Assembly: GCA_964016885.1 (NCBI GenBank)
Contig: OZ024741.1
Location: 256,618,001 to 256,682,000, forward strand
From: Eledone cirrhosa
Lineage: Eukaryota
Reading direction: 5' to 3'
Length of the DNA: 64,000 nucleotides
The translations under genes were made by a program, and so were the position numbers. The first letter of the stretch is position 1. Each line of letters starts with the position of its first letter. Below the pieces are notes generated by a model. That model did no database searches and was not told the origin of the DNA. It saw nothing but the letters and a program-made list of their open reading frames with translations. Below are positions 1-7,915 of the stretch, one piece after another.

Positions 1-3000
1 GAGTGTTCTGACTTACGAGTGTTCTGACTTACGAGTGTTCTGACTTACGAGTGTTCCGACTTACGAGTGTTTCGGCTCACCAGTGTTTCGGCTTACGAGT
101 GTTTCGACTTATGAAAATAACAAATAGACGCGGTTTCAAATCTCTATGCTTTTCAAATTCATTACATTAATATTTATTTATACGTTTCGCTTTACGAGTG
201 TTTCGACTTACGAGTGTTTCGACTTACGAGTGTTTCGGCTTACGATTGTTTTGACTTACGAGTGTTTTGACTTACATGTGTTTCGACTTACGCGTGTTTC
301 GGCTTACGAGTGTTTCGAATTACGAGTGTTCTGACTACGAGTGTTCTGACTTACGGGTGTTCTCTCTTACGAGTGTTCCGACTTACGAGTGTTTCGGCTT
401 ATGAGTGTTTCGACTTACGGGTGTTTCGGCTTTCGAGTGTTTCGACTTACGAGTGTTTCGGGTTACGAGTGTTTCGACTTACGAATGTTTACGCTTACGA
501 GTGTTTCGGCTAAACGAGTGTTTCGACTTACGAGTGTTTCGACTTACGAGTGTTTTGACTTACGGTTTTTCGGCTTGCGAGTGTTTCGACATACGAGTGT
601 TTTGACTTACGAGTGTTTCGGCTTACGAGTGTTCTGACTTACGAGTGTTCTGACTTGCGAGTGTTCCGACTTACGAGTGTTTCGGCTTACGAGTGTTTCG
701 ACATACGAGTGTTTTGACATACGGATGTTTCGACTTACGGGTGTTTCGACTTACGAGTGTTTCGACTTACGAGTGTTCTGACTACGAGTGTTCTGACTTA
801 CGGGTGCTCTGACTTACGAGTGTTTCGACTTACGAGTGTTTCGACTTATGAGTGTTTCGGCTTACGAGTGTTTTGACTTACGAGTGTTCTGACTACGAGT
901 GTTCTGACTTACGAGTGTTTCGGCTTATGAGTGTTTCGACTTACGAGTGTTTCGGCTTATGAGTGTTTCGACTTACGAGTGTTTCGGCTTACGAGTGTTT
1001 CGACTTACGAGTGTTTCGACTACGAGTGTTTCGACTTACGAGTGTTTCGGCTTACGAGTGTTTCGACATACGGGTGTTTCGACTTACGGTGTTTCGGCTT
1101 CCGAGTGTTTCGGCTTACGAGTGTTTCGGCTTACGAGTGTTTCGACTTACGAGTGTTTCGACTTACGAGTGTTTCGACTTACGAGTGTTTCGACTTACGA
1201 GTATTTTGACTTACGGTGTTTCGGCTTACGAGTGTTTCGACTTACGAGTGTTTTGACTTACTGGTGTTTTGACATACGAGTGTTTCGATACAGGTGTTTC
1301 GACTTACGAGTGTTCTGACTTACGAGTGTTCTGACTTACGAGTGTTCTAACTTACGAGTGTTCTGACTTACGAGTGTTCTGACTTACGAGTGTTTCGACT
1401 TACGAAAATAACAAATAGACGCGGTTTCAAATCTCTATGCTTTTCATATTCATTACATTAATCTTTATTTATACGTTTCGCCTTACGAGTGTTTCGACTT
1501 ACGAGTGTTTCGACTTACGAGTGTTTCGGCTTACGATTGTTTTGACTTACGAGTGTTTTGACTTACGGGTGTTTTGACATACGAGTGTTTCGATACGAGT
1601 GTTCTGACTTACGAGTGTTCTGACTTACGAGTGTTCTGACTTACGAGTGTTCTGACTTACGAGTGTTCTGACATACGTGTGTTCTGACTAACGAGTGTTC
1701 CGATTTACGAGTGTTTCGGCTTATGAGTGTTTCGACTTACGAATGTTTTTGCTTACGGGTGTTTCGACTTACGAATGTTTTTGCTTACGAGTGTTTCGGC
1801 TTACGAGTGTTTCGACTTACGAAAATAACAAATAGACGTGGTTTCAAATCTCTATGCTTTTCAAATTCATTACATTAATCTTTATTTACACGTTTCGCTT
1901 TACTAGTGTTTCGACTTACGAGTGTTCTGACTTACGAGTGTTCTGACTTACGTGTGTTTCGACTTACGAGTGTTCTGACTTACGAGTGTTCTGACTTACG
2001 AGTGTTCCGACTTACGAGTGTTTCGACTTACGAGTGTTTCGACTTACGAGTGTTTCTACTTACGAGTGTTTCGGCTTACGAGTGTTTTGACTTACGAATG
2101 TTCTGACTACGAGTGTTCTGACTTATGAGTGTTTCGGCTTATGAGTGTTTTGACATTACGAGTGTTTTGGCTTATGAGTGTTTCGACTTACGCGTGTTTG
2201 GACTTACGAGTGTTTCGACATACGGGTGTTTTGACTTACGAGTGTTTCGACTACGAGTGTTTCGACTTACGAGTGTTTCGACTTACGAGTGTTCTGACTT
2301 ACGAGTGTTCTGACTTACGAGTGTTCTGACTTACGAGTGTTCCGACTTACGAGTGTTTCGACTTACGAGTGTTTTGACTTACGAATGTTCTGACTTACGG
2401 GTGTTTCGCCTTACGAGTGTTTCGACTTACGAGTGTTTTAAATTACGGGTGTTTCGACTTACGCGTGTTTCGACTTACGAGTGTTTCGACTTACGAGTGT
2501 TTCGGCTTATGAGGGTTTCGACTTACGAGTGCTTCGGCTTACGAGTGTTTCGACCTGCGAGTGTTTCGTCTTACGAGTGTTTCGACTTACGAATGTTTTG
2601 GCTTACGAGTGTTTCGGCTTACGAGTGTTTCGAATTACGAGTGTTTCGACTTACGAGTGTTTTGACTTACGGTGTTTCGGCTTACGAGTGTTTCGACTTA
2701 CGAGTGTTTTAACTTACGGGTGTTTCGACTTACGCGTGTTTCGACTTACGAGTGTTCTGACTTACGAGTGTTCTGACTTACGAGTGTTCTGACTTACGAG
2801 TGTTCCGACTTACGAGTGTTTCGACTTACGAGTGTTTTGACTTACGCGTGTTTCGACTTACGAGTGTTTCGACTTACGAGTGTTTCGACTTACAAATGTT
2901 CCGACTTACGAGTGTTTCTACTTACGAGTGTTTCGGCTTACGAGTGTTTCGACTTACGAAAATAACATATAGACGCGGTTTCAAATATCTATGCTTTTCA

Positions 3001-6000
3001 AATTCATTACATTAATCTTTATTTATACGTTTCGCTTTACGAGTGTTTCGGCGTACGAGTGTTTCGACTTACGAGTGTTTTAACTTACGGTTGTTTCGAC
3101 TTACGAGTGTTTCGACTTACGAATGTTTTGACTTACTTCGACTTACGAGTGATCTGACTTACGAGTGTTCCTACTTACGAGTGTTTCGACTTACGAGTGT
3201 TTCGGCTTACGAGTGTTTCGGTGTTTCGGCTTACGTGTGTTTCGACTTACGAGTGTTTTGACTTACGAGTGTTTCGGCTTATGAGTGTTTCGACTTACGA
3301 GTGCTTCGGCTTACGAGTGTTTCGACTTACGAGTGTTTCGGCTTACGAGTGTTTCAACGTACGAATGTTTTGGCTTACGAGTGTTTCGGCTTATGAGTGT
3401 TTCGACTTACGAGTGTTTCGGCTTACGAGTGTTTCAGTGTTTCGGCTTACGTGTGTTTCGACTTACGAGTGTTTTGACTTACGAGTGTTTCGGCTTATGA
3501 GTGTTTCGACTTACGAGTGCTTCGGCTTACGAGTGTTTCGACTTACGAGTGTTTCGGCTTACGAGTGTTTCGGCTTACGAGTGTTTCGGCTTAAGAGTGT
3601 TTCGACTTACGAGTGTTTCGACTTACGAGTGTTTCGACTTACGAGTGTTTCGACTTACGAGTGTTTTGACTTACGGTGTTTCGGCTTACGAGTGTTTCGA
3701 CTTACGAGTGTTTTGACTTACTGGTGTTTTGACATACGAGTGTTTCGATACGAGTGTTTCGACTTACGAGTGTTCTGACTTACGAGTGTTCTGACTTACG
3801 AGTGTTCTGACTTACGAGTGTTCCGACTTACGAGTGTTTCGGCTCACCAGTGTTTCGGCTTACGAGTGTTTCGACTTATGAAAATAACAAATAGACGCGG
3901 TTTCAAATCTCTATGCTTTTCAAATTCATTACATTAATCTTTATTTATACGTTTCGCTTTACGAGTGTTTCGACTTACGAGTGTTTCGACTTACGAGTGT
4001 TTCGGCTTACGATTGTTTTGACTTACGAGTGTTTTGACTTACATGTGTTTCGACTTACGCGTGTTTCGGCTTACGAGTGTTTCGAATTACGAGTGTTCTG
4101 ACTACGAGTGTTCTGACTTACGGGTGTTCTCTCTTACGAGTGTTCCGACTTACGAGTGTTTCGGCTTATGAGTGTTTCGACTTACGGGTGTTTCGGCTTT
4201 CGAGTGTTTCGACTTACGAGTGTTTCGGGTTACGAGTGTTTCGACTTACGAATGTTTACGCTTACGAGTGTTTCGGCTAAACGAGTGTTTCGACTTACGA
4301 GTGTTTCGACTTACGAGTGTTTTGACTTACGGTTTTTCGGCTTGCGAGTGTTTCGACATACGAGTGTTTTGACTTACGGGCGTTTCGACTTACGGGTGTT
4401 TCGACTTACGAGTGTTTCGGCTTACGAGTGTTCTGACTTACGAGTGTTCTGACTTGCGAGTGTTCCGACTTACGAGTGTTTCGGCTTACGAGTGTTTCGA
4501 CATACGAGTGTTTTGACATACGGATGTTTCGACTTACGGGTGTTTCGACTTACGAGTGTTTCGACTTACGAGTGTTCTGACTACGAGTGTTCTGACTTAC
4601 GGGTGCTCTGACTTACGAGTGTTTCGACTTACGAGTGTTTCGACTTATGAGTGTTTCGGCTTACGAGTGTTTTGACTTACGAGTGTTCTGACTACGAGTG
4701 TTCTGACTTACGAGTGTTTCGGCTTATGAGTGTTTCGACTTACGAGTGTTTCGGCTTATGAGTGTTTCGACTTACGAGTGTTTCGGCTTACGAGTGTTTC
4801 GACTTACGAGTGTTTCGACTACGAGTGTTTCGACTTACGAGTGTTTCGGCTTACGAGTGTTTCGACATACGGGTGTTTCGACTTACGGTGTTTCGGCTTC
4901 CGAGTGTTTCGACTTACGTGTGTTCTGACTTACGAGTGTTCTGACTTATGAGTGTTCTGACTTACGAGTGTTCTGACTTACGAGTGTTCCGACTTACGAG
5001 TGTTTCGGCTTACGAGTGTTTCGGCTTACGAGTGTTTCGACTTACGAGTGTTTCGACTTACGAGTGTTTCGACTTACGAGTGTTTCGACTTACGAGTATT
5101 TTGACTTACGGTGTTTCGGCTTACGAGTGTTTCGACTTACGAGTGTTTTGACTTACTGGTGTTTTGACATACGAGTGTTTCGATACAGGTGTTTCGACTT
5201 ACGAGTGTTCTGACTTACGAGTGTTCTGATTTACGAGTGTTCTAACTTACGAGTGTTCTGACTTACGAGTGTTCTGACTTACGAGTGTTTCGACTTACGA
5301 AAATAACAAATAGACGCGGTTTCAAATCTCTATGCTTTTCATATTCATTACATTAATATTTATTTATACGTTTCGCCTTACGAGTGTTTCGACTTACGAG
5401 TGTTTCGACTTACGAGTGTTTCGGCTTACGATTGTTTTGACTTACGAGTGTTTTGACTTACGGGTGTTTTGACATACGAGTGTTTCGATACGAGTGTTCT
5501 GACTTACGAGTGTTCTGACTTACGAGTGTTCTGACTTACGAGTGTTCTGACTTACGAGTGTTCTGACATACGTGTGTTCTGACTAACGAGTGTTCCGATT
5601 TACGAGTGTTTCGGCTTATGAGTGTTTCGACTTACGAATGTTTTTGCTTACGGGTGTTTCGACTTACGAATGTTTTTGCTTACGAGTGTTTCGGCTTACG
5701 AGTGTTTCGACTTACGAAAATAACAAATAGACGTGGTTTCAAATCTCTATGCTTTTCAAATTCATTACATTAATCTTTATTTACACGTTTCGCTTTACTA
5801 GTGTTTCGACTTACGAGTGTTTCGACTTACGAGTGTTTCGACTTACGAGTGTTTCGACTTACGAGTGTTTTGACTTACGAGAGTTCTGACTTACGAGTGT
5901 TCTGACTTACGTGTGTTTCGACTTACGAGTGTTCTGACTTACGAGTGTTCTGACTTACGAGTGTTCCGACTTACGAATGTTTCGACTTACGAGTGTTTCG

Positions 6001-6500
6001 ACTTACGAGTGTTTCGACTTACGAGTGTTTCGGCTTACGAGTGTTTTGACTTACGAGTGTTTCGACTTACGCGTGTTTCGACTTACGAGTGTTTCGACAT
6101 ACGGGTGTTTCGACTTACGAGTGTTTCGACTACGAGTGTTTCGACTTACGAGTGTTTCGACTTACGAGTGTTCTGACTTACGAGTGTTCTGACTTACGAG
6201 TGTTCTGACTTACGAGTGTTCCGACTTACGAGTGTTTCGACTTACGAGTGTTTTGTCTTACGAATGTTCTGACTTACGGGTGTTTCGCCTTACGAGTGTT
6301 TCGACTTACGAGTGTTTTAAATTACGGGTGTTTCGACTTACGCGTGTTTCGACTTACGAGTGTTTCGACTTACGAGTGTTTCGACTTACGAATGTTCCGA
6401 CTTACGAGTGTTTCTACTTACGAGTGTTTCGACTTACGAGTGTTTCGACTTACGAAAATAACAAATAGACGCGGTTTCAAATATCTATGCTTTTCAAATT
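1..6500 (+). repeat. Imperfect higher-order duplication, period ~3.8 kb
   Basis: Identical pseudo-ORFs at 146/3913 and 310/4077 (offset 3767) and matching starts at 931/4730 (offset 3799). Shared rare variants include TTCTCTCTTAC and GGCTAAACG. Confidence 0.85.
115..183 (+). repeat. 69-bp AT-rich linker, first of about 63 copies (AAATAACAAATAGACGCGGTTTCAAATCTCTATGCTTTTCAAATTCATTACATTAATCTTTATTTATAC)
   Basis: AAAATAAC starts counted by eye near 114, 1405, 1822, 2959, 3881, 5300, 5717, 6455, 9135, 10371, 11170, 12406, 13341, 13689, 15701, 16693, 17763, 18180, 18598, 20914, 22149, 23083, 23431, 25606, 26541, 26889, 28821, 30355, 31236, 31895, 33205, 35100, 36153, 37896, 38627, 39107, 41087, 41552, 41987, 42651, 42999, 44132, 44407, 44842, 45506, 47083, 47500, 48553, 50295, 50727, 51614, 52960, 54013, 55755, 56187, 57074, 58356, 58887, 59954, 60561, 61590, 63140, 63573. 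Confidence 0.97.
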
Positions 6501-7184
6501 CATTACATTAATCTTTATTTATACGTTTCGCTTTACGAGTGTTTCGGCGTACGAGTGTTTCGACTTACGAGTGTTTTAACTTAGGGTTGTTTCGACTTAC
6601 GCGTGTTTCTACTACGAATGTTCCGACTTACGAGTGTTTCGACTTACGAGTGTTTCGACTTACGAGTGCTTTGACTTACGAATGCTTTGACTTCGACTTA
6701 CGAGTGATCTGACTTACGAGTGTTCCTACTTACGAGTGTTTCGACTTACGAGTGTTTCGACTTGCGAGTGTTTCGACTTACGAGTGTTTCGGCTTACGAG
6801 TGTTTCGGTGTTTCGGCTTACGTGTGTTTCGACTTACGAGTGTTTCGACTTACGAGTGTTTCGGCTTATGAGTGTTTCGACTTACGAGTGCTTCGGCTTA
6901 CGAGTGTTTCGACTTACGAGTGTTTCGGCTTACGAGTGTTTCGACGTACGAATGTTTTGGCTTACGAGTGTTTCGGCTTATGAGTGTTTCGTCTTACGAG
7001 TGTTTCGACTTACGAGTGTTTCGGCTTACGAGTGTTTCGACTTACGAGTGTTTCGGATTACGAGTGTTTCGACTTACGAGTGTTTCGGCTTACGAGTGTT
7101 TCAGTGTTTCGGCTTACGTGTGTTTTGACTTACGAGTGTTTCGACTTACGAGTGTTTCGGCTTACGAGTGTTTCGGCTTATATA

Positions 7185-7260
7185 TAAACGTTTCTATTTC
7201 CATCGTTTTATCGTAAACGTTTATATATTTCCATCGTTATATCATAACGTTTATATTTCC
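7185..7260 (+). repeat. Degenerate ~30-bp tandem repeat, about 2.5 copies (TAAACGTTT(C/A)TATTTCCATCGTT(T/A)TATC)
   Basis: Units start at 7185, 7214 and 7245. Same repeat at the start of island copy 2. Confidence 0.85.
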
Positions 7261-7440
7261 GTCACTAATCTCTTTTTCTCCTTTTCCGTTTTAACATATA
7301 TTTATTTCAAAGATTTCACCGTATAGATAACATATATATTTATACATGCATAAAAGACACACCGAGAGACGGTAAAAATGTGGTGCCAAAAACATTTCTC
7401 ATCCAAATCTCAACAATATCAGTATATACACTAGATTTGC

Positions 7441-7475
7441 TAGCAGAAAACCGCCCACCGGGTGGTTTTCTGCTA
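7441..7475. other. Hairpin/inverted repeat TAGCAGAAAACC-GCCCACCGGGT-GGTTTTCTGCTA, candidate Helitron 3' terminal structure
   Basis: 12-bp perfect arms, extendable by G.T plus CCC/GGG to 16 bp with an ACC loop. CTAG at 7431-7434 and 7440-7443. Confidence 0.85.
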
Positions 7476-7476
7476 T

Positions 7477-7915
7477 TCTATATATATAGAACTGAGGATG
7501 TTTGTCTGTGTGTGAGTTTGAATCCCTAAAACTCGAGAACCACCCAACCGACTGTTTTCAAACTTTACACATGTAATACTTATGTTTCAGGGAGTGTTCT
7601 GAGCAAAATATATTTCAAATTTTCAATGCCCTAGGGACCACATTAGGCGATTTAGCGATCTCTCTCTATAATTCTTAGTCTTTCTCTTTTTAGATAGATA
7701 CATACATATAACGTCGTGCCCTTATAATATCTGTCTGTATGTCTGGCTGTCTGCATTACGTCACTTCCCTGAGGATGTCTGTGTGTGTGTGTGTGTCTGT
7801 GAGTTTGAATCCCTAAAATGCGAGAAGTACCCAACCGATTTTTTTAAAAATTTACATGTGTATTACTTATGTTTCAGGGAGTGTTTGTTATGCACATAAA
7901 ATTCAACCTTTTGAT
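7477..7915 (+). mobile_element. Probable truncated non-autonomous Helitron-like element (5' portion)
   Basis: Begins TCTATATATATA(G/A)AA, followed by a GTCT/GT microsatellite and then ...CAACCGA...TTCAAACTTTACAC. From recall, this layout resembles metazoan non-autonomous Helitrons (Lep1-like). No RepHel ORF is present, and the match is not database-verified. Confidence 0.6.
7492..7885 (+). repeat. Diverged direct repeat of ~110 bp inside the island (7492-7598 and 7769-7885)
   Basis: Both copies run CTGAGGATGT...GTGAGTTTGAATCCCTAAAA..CGAGAA..ACCCAACCGA...TACTTATGTTTCAGGGAGTGTT. The second has an expanded (TG)n tract at about 7780-7796. Confidence 0.92.

Larger units (their letters stand above)
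1..7180 (+). repeat. 16-bp tandem satellite array, block 1 (consensus GAGTGTTTCGACTTAC) with interspersed 69-bp linkers; runs off the window start
   Basis: Direct reading: head-to-tail GACTTACGAGTGTTTC units with recurring variants (TTCTGA, TTTTGA, TTCCGA, TTTCGG, TATGAG, TACGGG, TACGAA) and 14/15-bp deletion monomers. Confidence 0.99.
7181..7915. repeat. Non-satellite AT-rich island, copy 1 (735 bp)
   Basis: Satellite stops at ...TTTCGGCTTA (7180) and resumes at CTGGTGTTTTGAC (7916). Near-identical copy at 18958-19694. Confidence 0.96.

Noticed and set aside
132-160. Linker as decayed 16-mers (TTTCAAAT repeated 17 bp apart)
   Set aside because: Similarity to GTTTCGACTT is limited to a few bases in AT-rich sequence and cannot be distinguished from chance by eye.
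200-232. UNCG tetraloop hairpins in the monomer (ACT-TACG-AGT; GT-TTCG-AC)
   Set aside because: The stems are only 2-3 bp and lack the C-G closing pair. Common variants disrupt them, and there is no evidence for a structured RNA.
146-334. ATG-initiated hydrophobic 'signal-like' peptide MLFKFITLIFIYTF from the linker
   Set aside because: T-rich DNA gives hydrophobic codons by composition. The ATG is lost in several linkers (ATA at 48553, 51614, 60561), and the downstream frame is plain satellite.
411-425. CENP-B box in the TTCGACTTACGGG variant
   Set aside because: The canonical core is TTCG-N4-A-N2-CGGG (7 nt between TTCG and CGGG). Here the gap is 5 nt, so it is not a canonical box.
7441-7490. 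Rho-independent terminator
   Set aside because: There is no upstream gene and no U-tract after the full stem, and the context (satellite, microsatellites) is eukaryotic.
7652-7834. 60-aa minus-strand ORF (THRHTHTH...)
   Set aside because: It is a translation of (CA)n and (GA)n microsatellites. The 2-nt TG expansion in island copy 2 shifts the frame.
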